Notes: generated by a model not told the origin, from the sequence alone. A stretch of 64,000 nucleotides of DNA from Bacteroidales bacterium (GCA_038316435.1 JBBQAQ010000003.1:94134-158133), one strand, 5' to 3'; shown: positions 1 to 10,462, counted from the stretch's first letter. Made by a program: numbers and translations.

Positions 1-501
1 TCGTTGATTAGATTATACGAAGGTATCGGAAACCCGTGTTTTTCAATATCAGCAAAAAAAAACATTAATACAGAATTATTAATTTCATATTTGAGTGGTA
101 AGACTACGCTTCTTTCAGGTAATTCAGGTGTTGGAAAGTCAACAATTATAAATTCACTCCATCCAGCATTAAAACTTAGAACTGGTGAAATATCAGATTT
201 TCATAAAACAGGAAAGCACACCACCACTTTTGCAGAAATGCTAGAAATTGCTGAAAACACTTTTATCGTTGATACTCCTGGTATTAAAGGTTTTGGAGTA
301 GTAGATTTTGAAAGAGAAGAAATATTTCACTTCTTTCCTGAAATATTTAAGGTATCAGAGAATTGCCAGTTCAATAATTGCCTGCACATTCATGAACCAG
401 ATTGTGCCGTGAAAAAAGCTGTTGATAATCAGGATATTGCCGCCTCTAGATACCAAAGTTATTTAAGTATAATAGCCGTAGATAATAGCCGTTATCGCTA
501 A
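1..501 (+). CDS. rsgA: ribosome small-subunit-dependent GTPase A (RsgA/YjeQ), C-terminal part; 5' end lies outside the window
   Basis: Frame is open from base 1. P-loop GNSGVGKST, DTPG motif and C-terminal zinc knuckle CQFNNCLHIHEPDC. Confidence 0.9.
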   Translation, partial: SLIRLYEGIGNPCFSISAKKNINTELLISYLSGKTTLLSGNSGVGKSTIINSLHPALKLRTGEISDFHKTGKHTTTFAEMLEIAENTFIVDTPGIKGFGVVDFEREEIFHFFPEIFKVSENCQFNNCLHIHEPDCAVKKAVDNQDIAASRYQSYLSIIAVDNSRYR

Positions 502-557
502 ATAAGTAACATTTCTAATTTCCAGACGTATGAGGTTTTATTTGAAGTTTTGCTTAT

Positions 558-588
558 TTTGTTAATAAAGTACAATTTATTAGATTTG
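558..588 (+). promoter_or_regulatory. Bacteroidota-type promoter (-33 TTTG, -7 TAGATTTG) for the hybrid kinase gene
   Basis: TTTG at 558-561, a 19-nt spacer, and TAGATTTG at 581-588, with the ATG 29 nt downstream. Confidence 0.45.
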
Positions 589-616
589 AAATACTCTTTA
601 ATTGGCAGAGACATAG

Positions 617-3457
617 ATGAAAAAAATTTACCTTTTAATTATTCTCGCAGTTTTGATCGTAGTTGGAATTAATATTGTATTCTTTTATAAGTTTAAAAAA
701 AACAGTATTGATTATCAAAAATCTTTGGTTGCTGAGCAAATAGGACATTGTGGTTCACAGATTGAAAAGACAATATCATCATATGAAAACAATTTAACAA
801 AAATAATTTTTAGCAATTTTCAGCAAATCCCCGAAATTTTTAATAACCAAAAAGTATTCAGAGAAGTTTCGGGTAATCTACAGGGTCTATATTCCAAAAA
901 TCGTGAATTGATTAGTAATATTTCAGTTTTCGATAATAAGAATTCCTATTTGGGCATATACCTTAAAGACAATGATGAAATTGTTATTGATACCTTTCCA
1001 AGACAGGAAAATAATGAATTACAAACTAAAGACATTATAATCAAACAAAAAGGATATTATTTAAGCTATTTCCCCTTTTTTAAAAATAATGAACTTACAG
1101 GTAATGTAGTTGTTGAGATAAACTTAGAAAAATATATAAATTCGATTTTTTCACTGTTCCGCTTACAGGGGCTTCAATGGCAATGGATAGTTAATACTGA
1201 AGGGAAAGTTTTATTATGCAATTATCCGGACTCTATTTCCATAGGCAATTTTGAAAAAATCACAAAAGGACTTGAAACTGAGGAGGCATTTGTAATTGAA
1301 CACTTTTATACTAATGTTGCGGGTGATAAAAGAAAAATTATTTCTGCAGTTTATCCTTTAAATGTTTTAAACAATGATTTAGGTATTGTTTTTACAATTG
1401 AGGCCAGTCACAATACTGTTTTTTTAAGACAGAATTTTATTCTTATAATGATTTCTTTGCTAATTATGATTTCGTTAATCCTTATTTTGATTTACCAGAC
1501 AAATAGGGAAAAACTCAAACAAGACAAAAAATCTGCTGATCTCTTATCTTTAAAAATGATTGTTGAACATTTTCCCGTTGGAATTATGATAATTGACTCT
1601 TTAGGAACAATTAAAAATATAAACCGCACAGGGCAGAAAATGTTATTTTTGGAGAAAGAGGATAATATTAACGGAAGTAATATATCCAACTTATTTTTAG
1701 TCTCGAACAAATATCTTCTGAAGGATGGACTTTCAGCACCTTTTGATTCAAATCATTTCATACATTATGAAAAAGACGGAAATGAGATTGTGATTTACAG
1801 GAAAGATATAAAGGCTCAAATAGCAGGTGAAGAGTTGACTATCTCGGCTCTTATTGATGTCTCTCCCTTAGAAAAATCAAGAAAGCAGGAAGCAGCTGCA
1901 AATACTGCAAAATCTGACTTTCTCGCCACAATGAGTCACGAGATTCGAACACCGATGAATGGTATTATTGGCATGACTGAAAATCTACTGAGAGGCAAGT
2001 TATCAGATGAACAAAAAGAACAGGTAATAATAATAAAACGGTCCTCAGATTTACTCTTAAACCTAATTAATGATATTCTGGATTTTTCAAAAATTGAAGC
2101 TGGTAAGATGCTCCTAGAGGAAATACCGTTTAATTTAACTGAGGAAATTAGTTTTTCTGTGGAATTGTTTAAATCATTAGCGGAAGAAAAGGGGCTGGAA
2201 ATTTTAACTAGTATCAGACCTGATGTTCCTGATTTGTTGATTGGGGATCCGTTGCGTATTAGGCAAGTAATCTCCAATTTAATAAATAATGCAATAAAAT
2301 TTACTTCTGAAGGAAGAATTATTGTAGGTGTAAGTATAATGGAGCGGCAATCTTCATCTTTAAACTTACTATTCTACGTTGAAGACACAGGCGTTGGAAT
2401 TCCCGCTGAAAATCTCAAAAAAATCTTTGGGAGTTATGAGCAAGGAAAGAATACTGTGTCCAGAAAGTATGGTGGAACAGGTTTAGGCATGGCAATTTCA
2501 AAGCAACTTGTAGAGCTTATGAATGGTGAAATCTGGGTTGAAAGCCCTGTTGCAAAATCTGCAAATAATAAATTCCCCGGATCAAAATTTAGTTTTACCA
2601 TTGAAGTGCACTCTAATGAGAGATTGAAAAAGAAATTCGAATTTTCTAACATAAGTCAATATTTGCAAATTACTACTCTGATTCTTTCCAAAGTAAAGGA
2701 TGAAGATGATAATGTTCATCGTTTTTTAGATCAATTAGGAATTAATTTCGTTTATAAAACTTATGAAGATTCTTCAATTGACAGTATTATATACCATTTG
2801 GAGCAAAAAAGAAGTCTTTATCAGGTAGTTATTATCATGGATAAACCTGAACACGACGGCTTTTCCATAGCACAGCAATTGAAAGAAAGCAAACTTTCAG
2901 AATTATTACCTATAGTAATGATCAGTTCTAATGATCAGCTAGGTAATTATGTGCGATCGAAATCATTAGGTGTTGATTATTACCTTATTCAGCCCTTTGA
3001 ATCTAATGAAATTTACAAAGTGATTCGGGAAATTTTTCCTGGTTTAAATGATGCTGGAGGAGTTAATCGGCATATCAACAAAATAAAAACAAAAATTCAA
3101 ATACTGATCGCCGATGACAATATTATCAATCAAAGGGTGACTCAAAGTGTATTCAAGCACTTAGGTTTCGAAATTGATATTGCGCGAAATGGCAAAGAGG
3201 CTGTTGAATTAGTCTCCTTAAAAAGTTTTGACATTGTTTTTATGGACATTTTAATGCCAGAGATGGATGGTTTGACGGCAACCAGAAAAATACGTGAAAT
3301 GGGGTTGAAAATGCCTATAATTGCAATTACAGCTGCAGATGAAACTGTAGGAAAACGAGATGCATTATCAGCAGGGATGAATGATTTCATTTCTAAACCT
3401 ATACGGGTTGAGACCATTAAGCAATTGCTAATCAAATGGTTCTCTGTCAGCATATGA
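617..3457 (+). CDS. hybrid sensor histidine kinase / response regulator
   Basis: 946 aa. N-terminal TM, sensor region, second TM (LIMISLLIMISLILILIY) and a PAS-like segment. H-box SHEIRTPMNGIIGM and HATPase boxes (NNAIKFT, DTGVGI, GGTGLGM). A degenerate receiver-like module is followed by a canonical receiver (ILIADDN, FMDILMPEMDG, SKP). Confidence 0.9.
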   Translation: MKKIYLLIILAVLIVVGINIVFFYKFKKNSIDYQKSLVAEQIGHCGSQIEKTISSYENNLTKIIFSNFQQIPEIFNNQKVFREVSGNLQGLYSKNRELISNISVFDNKNSYLGIYLKDNDEIVIDTFPRQENNELQTKDIIIKQKGYYLSYFPFFKNNELTGNVVVEINLEKYINSIFSLFRLQGLQWQWIVNTEGKVLLCNYPDSISIGNFEKITKGLETEEAFVIEHFYTNVAGDKRKIISAVYPLNVLNNDLGIVFTIEASHNTVFLRQNFILIMISLLIMISLILILIYQTNREKLKQDKKSADLLSLKMIVEHFPVGIMIIDSLGTIKNINRTGQKMLFLEKEDNINGSNISNLFLVSNKYLLKDGLSAPFDSNHFIHYEKDGNEIVIYRKDIKAQIAGEELTISALIDVSPLEKSRKQEAAANTAKSDFLATMSHEIRTPMNGIIGMTENLLRGKLSDEQKEQVIIIKRSSDLLLNLINDILDFSKIEAGKMLLEEIPFNLTEEISFSVELFKSLAEEKGLEILTSIRPDVPDLLIGDPLRIRQVISNLINNAIKFTSEGRIIVGVSIMERQSSSLNLLFYVEDTGVGIPAENLKKIFGSYEQGKNTVSRKYGGTGLGMAISKQLVELMNGEIWVESPVAKSANNKFPGSKFSFTIEVHSNERLKKKFEFSNISQYLQITTLILSKVKDEDDNVHRFLDQLGINFVYKTYEDSSIDSIIYHLEQKRSLYQVVIIMDKPEHDGFSIAQQLKESKLSELLPIVMISSNDQLGNYVRSKSLGVDYYLIQPFESNEIYKVIREIFPGLNDAGGVNRHINKIKTKIQILIADDNIINQRVTQSVFKHLGFEIDIARNGKEAVELVSLKSFDIVFMDILMPEMDGLTATRKIREMGLKMPIIAITAADETVGKRDALSAGMNDFISKPIRVETIKQLLIKWFSVSI

Positions 3458-3476
3458 TTATTCATAAACAAAATTG

Positions 3477-4511
3477 ATGTCTACATCTCTGTGCATTAGT
3501 GATTTTCTTACTGTTTATAAAGACATTCCGGTTGTGGATGTCCGCTCCCCAAAAGAATTTGAACAAGGACATATACCAGGAGCTATAAATATTCCGCTTT
3601 TTATTAACGATGAAAGAGCCAAAGTTGGAACTCTCTATAAAAATAGAAGTCGCGATGCTGCTATACTAGCAGGACTAGAAATTGCTGGTACAAAATTGAC
3701 TCAACTAGCTGAAGCGGGCTTAAAAACTGCAAAAAATAATCGTCTTATTTTACATTGCTGGCGAGGAGGCATGAGAAGCTCATCCGTCTCCTGGTTATTT
3801 GGAACTTGTGGAATACAATGTCAGATCCTTGATGGAGGTTACAAATCCTATAGAAGATATGTTCTAGAATGCTTTTCATTACCTTTTAATCTAATAGTAA
3901 TAGGAGGCATGACCGGCACAGGAAAGTCGGCAATTCTTGATGTTCTTGCTAAGCATTCCTTACAAGTTTTGAAATTAGAAGAAATAGCACATCATAAAGG
4001 TTCTGCTTTTGGAGGTTTGGGAGAACAAGATCAACCTACAAATGAGCAATTTGAAAATGATTTATTTACAATTTTACAAGGTTTTGATCTAAAGAAACCT
4101 ATATTTGTTGAAGACGAAAGCAGGAACATTGGTTCTAATTATATTCCTGCTACATTTTTTGAAACTATGTCACGCAGCCAAATTGTTATTACTAAGATGG
4201 CTAGAGAGCTTCGTATTAATAGGCTTGTTCAGGTTTATGGACAGTTTTCTAAAAACGATTTAAAGAACGCCATCATGAAAATCTCAAAAAGACTTGGCGG
4301 GCTAAGTGTTCAAAATGCGATTTCTTCACTAGATAATGGACAGTTAGATATGGCTGCTTCTATATGTCTTTTATACTATGATAAGGCTTATCTTTTTGGC
4401 CTTATGAAAAAGACGAATATTGAAAAATTCGACATTGAGTTTTATACATCTGACGCCTCTGCAAATGCAGATATCTTCATTCAATTTTTGAAGGATAAAA
4501 GACTAATTTAA
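3477..4511 (+). CDS. selU: tRNA 2-selenouridine synthase (SelU/MnmH)
   Basis: Rhodanese-like N-terminus with loop HCWRGGMRSSS, followed by P-loop GGMTGTGKS. ATG at 3477 is preferred over the TTG at 3474 used by the ORF track. Confidence 0.85.
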   Translation: MSTSLCISDFLTVYKDIPVVDVRSPKEFEQGHIPGAINIPLFINDERAKVGTLYKNRSRDAAILAGLEIAGTKLTQLAEAGLKTAKNNRLILHCWRGGMRSSSVSWLFGTCGIQCQILDGGYKSYRRYVLECFSLPFNLIVIGGMTGTGKSAILDVLAKHSLQVLKLEEIAHHKGSAFGGLGEQDQPTNEQFENDLFTILQGFDLKKPIFVEDESRNIGSNYIPATFFETMSRSQIVITKMARELRINRLVQVYGQFSKNDLKNAIMKISKRLGGLSVQNAISSLDNGQLDMAASICLLYYDKAYLFGLMKKTNIEKFDIEFYTSDASANADIFIQFLKDKRLI

Positions 4512-4609
4512 ACAATAACTGAACCTAGTTGTATTATATAGTGTTTTAGCTTTATAAAATGGTCAGAAGTTAGGATCAAAACAATATTTGTAAACCTAAA
4601 TTTTAAGTT

Positions 4610-5314
4610 ATGAAAAATAGTAGAATAATCGAAACTTTAGGCGGTTTAGCCAAAGAAGAAAAATTAAAAACTTTGGTAGATCATATAATGCTAAATACTT
4701 TTGTTTTGGAAACAGAAGAGCCTTTTCCTGGTTATCATGGTGCAAATCTTCCTTCTGACTCAATTCCAATTTCAGCTTTTTTGATTACAAGAACAAAATA
4801 TTCGCCTGAGAAAATACTTCGAATAGCACACAACATTAAAAAGTATTTTCAACATTCATTTGATGCTGTTCCGGGAAAAATTTGTGTTCAAAATGAAATC
4901 CTTCCCTGTATTCGTATCAGAGGCTTTAACAATTATGAGTTAATTGAAGATCTTCAAAAGTGTTTCTTTTCTGAGGGAATTGAATTTGCAAAAAAAAGGA
5001 ACCTTTCTGCAGATGCCGTTATTCAACTAAAAAAACATTTTACAATTGAAGAAATTGACACTGGAATATTCAGAGATCTTGATGAGCATTCAACTTATTA
5101 TTTATGTATTCCAAAGCAAATGAGCTGGCAATTATTTCTAAAGCTTACCCAAATTGTCAGAAACAATACGGCAGCAAACTTTGATGGAGCACTTGCGGCA
5201 ATTTATAGTAAAGACATTCTAGATGTGGTAAGGATTTTTTCTCCAGGGATTACTATCGATACTTTAAATCAATTAAAGATTAAGTATTCGCAGGAGCTTG
5301 AGAAACTAGGATAA
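4610..5314 (+). CDS. hypothetical cytosolic protein (no recognisable motif)
   Basis: 234-aa ORF with an ATG start, no signal peptide or TM, and no competing ORF. Lies 99 nt downstream of selU on the same strand. Confidence 0.6.
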   Translation: MKNSRIIETLGGLAKEEKLKTLVDHIMLNTFVLETEEPFPGYHGANLPSDSIPISAFLITRTKYSPEKILRIAHNIKKYFQHSFDAVPGKICVQNEILPCIRIRGFNNYELIEDLQKCFFSEGIEFAKKRNLSADAVIQLKKHFTIEEIDTGIFRDLDEHSTYYLCIPKQMSWQLFLKLTQIVRNNTAANFDGALAAIYSKDILDVVRIFSPGITIDTLNQLKIKYSQELEKLG

Positions 5315-5326
5315 GCAAGATAGGTT

Positions 5327-6574
5327 TTAAACTGAGCTAACCATTCTGTATACTTTATCGGCACGTCTTGCCGTTGAGTTCAATAGAATGCTGCAACGAT
5401 CTCCTTTTCCAGCTGTTTCAACAATTTTGTCATCAATCCTTATTTCATTAACTTTAATTTCCAAAACCCCTGTTGTTGGCCCAATAATCATTAATTCATC
5501 ACCTAAAGATATTTCGCCTGTTTCAATTTGAAGCTCGGCTACATTAAGCTTTTCAAAAAAATTGGTAATCTTGGCGCAATATACTTTTCTTTTTGTTGCT
5601 TGAGAGCCGTATACTTCACTCCATTCTCCCAATTTTTGACCTAAATAATACCCTTCCCAAAAACCTCTGTTAAATACTGTGGCAAGGTCAGTTTTCCACT
5701 TTTCAATTTTTTGCTTATCAAAAGTTCCGTCAATTACAGAATAAATCGCTTGGTTATAACAAGAGGTAACTGTCTTAACATATTCCGGGGATCGGGCTCT
5801 ACCTTCAATTTTTAGCACTCTTACTCCGGAATCAATTATTTTATTCAAAAAATGAATTGTCATTAAATCCTTTGGTGACATTATATATTTATTATCTATT
5901 TCCATTTGAGCGCCACTTTCCATATCCGTTACAAGGTAAGACCTTCGACAAGCCTGAAGACAATCTCCTCGATTAGCTGAATGGTTGTATTCATGCAAAG
6001 AGAGGTAACATTTTCCAGAAATTGCCATGCATAAAGCCCCATGAATAAACATTTCTATTTTTACTGGGTTCCCCGATGGCCCGGTAACATTCTGTAGTTC
6101 AATCCCTCTGTATATGGCTTGTACTTGATCTAGATTTAATTCTCTTGCCAGAACTATTACATCGGCATATCTTGAATAAAATTTAACTGCCTCTATATTG
6201 CTAATATTAAGCTGAGTAGATAAGTGTACCTCAAGTCCGGATTTAAACGCATACTCCATCACGGCCTGATCTGAAGCAATTATAGCATCAACGCCTTCCT
6301 TTTTGGCAAGATCAACCAGATCTCTCATTAAAAATAATTCCTGATCATATATTACCGTGTTAATTGTGAGGTACGTTTTTAGGTTATTATCCTTAGAAAT
6401 AGAAATGATCTGAGAAAGGTCATGTCTTGTAAAATTAAATGATGATCGAGCCCTCATGTTCATTTGCTCAAGACCAAAATAAATAGCATTCGCACCACCC
6501 TGAATCGCTGCTTGCAGGGATTCCCAAGAGCCTACCGGGGCCAATAGCTCGATATCTTTTCTGTCTAATCTCAT
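5327..6574 (-). CDS. peptidase U32 family protein (PrtC/YegQ/TrhP-like)
   Basis: N-terminus ELLAPVGSWESLQAAIQGGANAIYFG and U32 signature EMFIHGALCMAISGKCYLS, plus CLQACRR. Confidence 0.85.
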   Translation of the reverse strand: MRLDRKDIELLAPVGSWESLQAAIQGGANAIYFGLEQMNMRARSSFNFTRHDLSQIISISKDNNLKTYLTINTVIYDQELFLMRDLVDLAKKEGVDAIIASDQAVMEYAFKSGLEVHLSTQLNISNIEAVKFYSRYADVIVLARELNLDQVQAIYRGIELQNVTGPSGNPVKIEMFIHGALCMAISGKCYLSLHEYNHSANRGDCLQACRRSYLVTDMESGAQMEIDNKYIMSPKDLMTIHFLNKIIDSGVRVLKIEGRARSPEYVKTVTSCYNQAIYSVIDGTFDKQKIEKWKTDLATVFNRGFWEGYYLGQKLGEWSEVYGSQATKRKVYCAKITNFFEKLNVAELQIETGEISLGDELMIIGPTTGVLEIKVNEIRIDDKIVETAGKGDRCSILLNSTARRADKVYRMVSSV

Positions 6575-6636
6575 TGCTAATCCGTTAGAAATTATAAAAA
6601 TCAGTCTTTCCGGTAATAATCAATTAAATATCCATA

Positions 6637-7797
6637 CTATTTTTTTAAAACAATACGAAAAGTAGTCCCTATATCCTGTTCAGATGAAAGCACAAAGATC
6701 TTACCTTCATGATAAGATTCTACAATCCTTTTTGAAAGGGAAAGGCCAAGCCCCCATCCCCTCTGCTTGGTTGTATATCCAGGTTTAAAAATGGTTTTAT
6801 GCCTTGATTTAGCGATTCCTTTTCCTGTGTCGCGTATATCAATATAAACAATTTGGGTATTATCTTGAACTTTAATCAAAATAGTGCCTTCACCTTCCAT
6901 AGCATCAATTGCATTTTTACATAAATTTTCAATAACCCACTCGAAAAGGGAATCATTAAGGGGAATTAGAATTTCGTGATCAGGAATTTCAATTTGAATA
7001 CTAATTTTGTGAGAACTTCTATCTTTCAGATAATTCACAGAGTTATTTAGCGTGTTTGCAAGGTTTGTTGATATCAAAACAGGTTTTGATCCAATTTTAG
7101 AGAACCTTTCAGTAATTTTTTCCAGTCTTTTCGCATCCTTTGCTAATTCATCAACCACACTTGCACGATTTACATCTTGTTTAAGCAATTCAATCCATGC
7201 ATTAAGCGAGGATGTGGGGGTTCCAAGCTGATGGGCCGTTTCTTTAGACAAACCTATCCAGACTTTGTTTTGTTCGGCTTTTCTGGAGTAACTAAAAGCA
7301 AAATAGGATACCACAACAAATAAGATAATTACAGCCAATTGAATATAAGGAAAATACGTAAGCATCTTAAGAACAGTAGAGTTGGAATAATAGATAAAAT
7401 TTTTATCCTCATCTCCAAGCTCTATAACCAAGCTGTCATTTTGTTCTCGCATCTGTTTCAGCTGATTTTCCAGATAGTTTTTTCTTTCAACCTTTGAAGT
7501 ATCAATGTTCCGATACGAGACAATTACCCCGGCGCTATCAGTAAGTATTACTGGAACCGTGTTATTATCTTCGATTACCGAAAAAATAAAGTTTAAATTA
7601 GCATCATCATTTGAGGAGCTGATTAGTTGCCTCGTTGCATCTGCCCATAGCTCTACCTTTTGTTTTTCCTGAACTGAGAGTTGCTTAACAAGCCAATTTG
7701 TGTAAGTAAGGGAGAAAACACCAATTAGAATCGCGGCAAGAAATAATAAGAATTTCCAGCGTGTTTTTTTTTCATAGATATTTAGGGAGGCGGCCAT
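6637..7797 (-). CDS. sensor histidine kinase (two-TM, periplasmic sensor)
   Basis: Two hydrophobic segments flank a ~130-aa region. H-box ETAHQLGTPTSSL and HATPase boxes NLCKNAIDA, DTGKGI, GWGLGLS. Confidence 0.85.
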   Translation of the reverse strand: MAASLNIYEKKTRWKFLLFLAAILIGVFSLTYTNWLVKQLSVQEKQKVELWADATRQLISSSNDDANLNFIFSVIEDNNTVPVILTDSAGVIVSYRNIDTSKVERKNYLENQLKQMREQNDSLVIELGDEDKNFIYYSNSTVLKMLTYFPYIQLAVIILFVVVSYFAFSYSRKAEQNKVWIGLSKETAHQLGTPTSSLNAWIELLKQDVNRASVVDELAKDAKRLEKITERFSKIGSKPVLISTNLANTLNNSVNYLKDRSSHKISIQIEIPDHEILIPLNDSLFEWVIENLCKNAIDAMEGEGTILIKVQDNTQIVYIDIRDTGKGIAKSRHKTIFKPGYTTKQRGWGLGLSLSKRIVESYHEGKIFVLSSEQDIGTTFRIVLKK

Positions 7798-7816
7798 AAT
7801 TTAATGTTTTAGCATA

Positions 7817-10462
7817 TTACATAGTTTTAGGATCTTCCTCATCCCATATAACTTTTAATGCTGGTTCGGTCTTTGAGGCTTTTTTAGTTTTTTGTTCAGG
7901 GTTCTGAGGTTCAGTGGTTTCATCACTCCAATCCAGAATTATTCGGCTATTATTTAACTGATTTAGAGACTTTTCGGAATTTAAAGTATCCTTTTTAAAT
8001 AGTCCTAACTCCTCTTTTAGAATTGTTTTAATTAGTTTCCTTTCCTCTTTGATATCCGTTTTAATTTTGTTGATCGCCTCCTTTTTATCATATTTGATTT
8101 TATAGTTCTCAGGTGTTCCAATAATTGATAGGTAAAGATTTGTATTTCCTACACCATCATTTTCAATAACACCAAACTCCTCGTTTTCCTTTTTGGCTTT
8201 TTTGGCTTTTCTAGCAAGTATCTCAGAAAGACTTAATCTCATCCTATACTCGAAGTAATTATCAAATTTATGTGTCCCTGAAATGGTTATGTTAAAGGCA
8301 GTGGAATTAATATCCATCTGAGGAATGAAAACTTTTTCGTCTTTAATTAAAATTGAATTCTTAAGCGTTGAAAATTTTATGTGTTGAAGTTCTGACAACT
8401 CAACAAATGAAGAAAGCTCTGTAATTGGCTTGAAATTAATTAGTTCGCCATCTTCTATAATAAAATCTGATTGTGCAAAAAGGTCTTTTGTTACCAGCTC
8501 CAATTTTGGACTAATATTCGTGGAAAAGTCAAGTGTCCCTGAAACATATCCTTTTAAATTATCACTAATAATAAAATCTTGTGCAAAATTATTAAAAGCA
8601 AAAAAGAGTTTGTTTATATCAATTTTCTTTAAATCCAATGAGGTTTTTAGAAGCATTTGATTTTTAATATCTTCAATAATAACAACATTTCCAGAAGCGA
8701 ATCCTTTCATAGCTTTCATTTTAAAAGTGGAAACGCTGAGGATTTTTGGTTTATATGTAAACCAGGTCTCAAGTTCTGATGCTAAAAACTTTCCATATTC
8801 AAAACTATCAATAACACAATGTAAATTCAGAATGACGCTATCTGGAAGGTGAAAGTCAATCTCTTCAGAAGAACTGGCGTCACTTAAAAAATCTTTAATT
8901 CTAAAATAACCGGCTTGGATTTCACCACTAATCACAGGTAAAGCATTTTTACTATTTATAGATTCCCAAAGATTATTAATAATTAGGTTACCAGAAAAGC
9001 TATTCTTTCCCATTTTTAGTTTAAATCTTGGCCCAAAAATGTCACCATCTATTTTTACGCTTCCTTCAAAAAGGTCAATTGGAACTTTTGAATAAGGAAT
9101 AATACCTGCGATATCCTTAAAAACAATTTTCCCATTTAGTCCTTTGGGGGAAATTGTATGAATATCAAAACTTTCAAATGAGGCCAGATTCATATTGATT
9201 GTCAGATCCGGATAAATAAGCCCCTTCTGAAGATCCCATCCCTCTATATTAAGTATATCCGATACTGCTTTGGCTGTGACTTTTCCAAATACAGTGCCAG
9301 AGATAAAAGGGTTAAGAAAATTGCTAAAGCTTATACTCCCATTAAGTTCGCTACTATCGTTGCTTAAAGAATATTCACTAATATTTAGCCTGCTAGTTAA
9401 AGCATTTCGTTTTGAACCATTAGAGTATGTTCCGCGAACGGATATATCCCTTATTGTTTTTTGACTTTCTAGAAATTTGATCGCTCCATTACTAACCCTA
9501 AAAGCTATCCTTATTGAAGGAACATTTGTACTGCTAATTTCACCTTTTATCTTTGCTAATAATTCTATACTCCCTTTTGGTGAGTATTTTGAAATGTTAT
9601 GAAGGTTAATCGGTAGGGTAGTAATTAAAGAGCCAATATTAAGTTTTTCTGCCTCAATCTGAAGATTGAGATTAATGTTTGATCTTATTGTAAAGGAGCC
9701 TGAGGTTTTAACCGCTAAATCATTAAGAATTAATTCCCCATTATTTATGGTATAGAGAGAATCCCGCACATCCAAGATAATGTGGGCTGCGGTTCTCATT
9801 TTTGAAGCATAGTCAATTCCTTCTCGATTAAAAGTTTCAATAAAAATTACGGACTTTGTATTAAGAGAGAAATTTTCCTGAGAAAATTTTCCTTTAAGAA
9901 CCAGGTCTTCAATAATTCCTTTTGCATGAATATCTTTAGCAAGATTAAGAAATTCCCATTTAAATCCACTTACTTTAACCCCATCCAAGCCGAGAGAAAA
10001 ACTGGTTTTTTCATTATTGGAACTTTCCTTAAAAATACGATAGTTTACACCACCTATTTTATCTACAAGAATAATAATTCTTCCGTTTTCTGCATAAACT
10101 CTTCTCAGCCGGTAATCTTTTTGAAGTATATCCAGAATATTAAACTGCAGGTAAATGCGCGATGCAGTAAAAAGAGAATCTGTTGAAATTCCGGAAAACT
10201 GAGTAGGATTAAAATCCTTTCCCGATAAGATGCTTACTTCAGAAAGAACAATACTCACAAAAGGGAACTTTCTAAAAAAGGAGAAGTCTGCTGCGCTAAC
10301 GTTAATTTTAACTTTAATTTCCTTATTAATTTCCGTGATGATATAGTTCCGAATTTCATCTTTGTAGATTTTTCCTGCAATTATTGCACAAATCATAATT
10401 GCTATGATTATTAGGAAGCCATAAATGAATATTTTGGACGTTTTTTTGAGAATTTTTTTCAC
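7817..10462 (-). CDS. AsmA/TamB-like large envelope protein
   Basis: 881 aa with a GTG start. Single N-terminal membrane anchor (IFIYGFLIIIAIMICAIIAG), a long beta-rich body and a Lys/Glu-rich tail. The family call rests on architecture only. Confidence 0.55.
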   Translation of the reverse strand: MKKILKKTSKIFIYGFLIIIAIMICAIIAGKIYKDEIRNYIITEINKEIKVKINVSAADFSFFRKFPFVSIVLSEVSILSGKDFNPTQFSGISTDSLFTASRIYLQFNILDILQKDYRLRRVYAENGRIIILVDKIGGVNYRIFKESSNNEKTSFSLGLDGVKVSGFKWEFLNLAKDIHAKGIIEDLVLKGKFSQENFSLNTKSVIFIETFNREGIDYASKMRTAAHIILDVRDSLYTINNGELILNDLAVKTSGSFTIRSNINLNLQIEAEKLNIGSLITTLPINLHNISKYSPKGSIELLAKIKGEISSTNVPSIRIAFRVSNGAIKFLESQKTIRDISVRGTYSNGSKRNALTSRLNISEYSLSNDSSELNGSISFSNFLNPFISGTVFGKVTAKAVSDILNIEGWDLQKGLIYPDLTINMNLASFESFDIHTISPKGLNGKIVFKDIAGIIPYSKVPIDLFEGSVKIDGDIFGPRFKLKMGKNSFSGNLIINNLWESINSKNALPVISGEIQAGYFRIKDFLSDASSSEEIDFHLPDSVILNLHCVIDSFEYGKFLASELETWFTYKPKILSVSTFKMKAMKGFASGNVVIIEDIKNQMLLKTSLDLKKIDINKLFFAFNNFAQDFIISDNLKGYVSGTLDFSTNISPKLELVTKDLFAQSDFIIEDGELINFKPITELSSFVELSELQHIKFSTLKNSILIKDEKVFIPQMDINSTAFNITISGTHKFDNYFEYRMRLSLSEILARKAKKAKKENEEFGVIENDGVGNTNLYLSIIGTPENYKIKYDKKEAINKIKTDIKEERKLIKTILKEELGLFKKDTLNSEKSLNQLNNSRIILDWSDETTEPQNPEQKTKKASKTEPALKVIWDEEDPKTM

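Noticed and set aside
1492-3471. Four minus-strand ORFs (72-113 aa) inside the hybrid kinase gene.
   Set aside because: They are antisense shadows of a gene with unambiguous HisKA, HATPase and receiver motifs. The peptides are low-complexity with no motifs.
8430-10186. Three plus-strand ORFs (64-86 aa) inside the AsmA-like gene.
   Set aside because: They are antisense to a continuous 881-aa frame, and the peptides are AT-codon-biased junk (runs of K/F/I/S).
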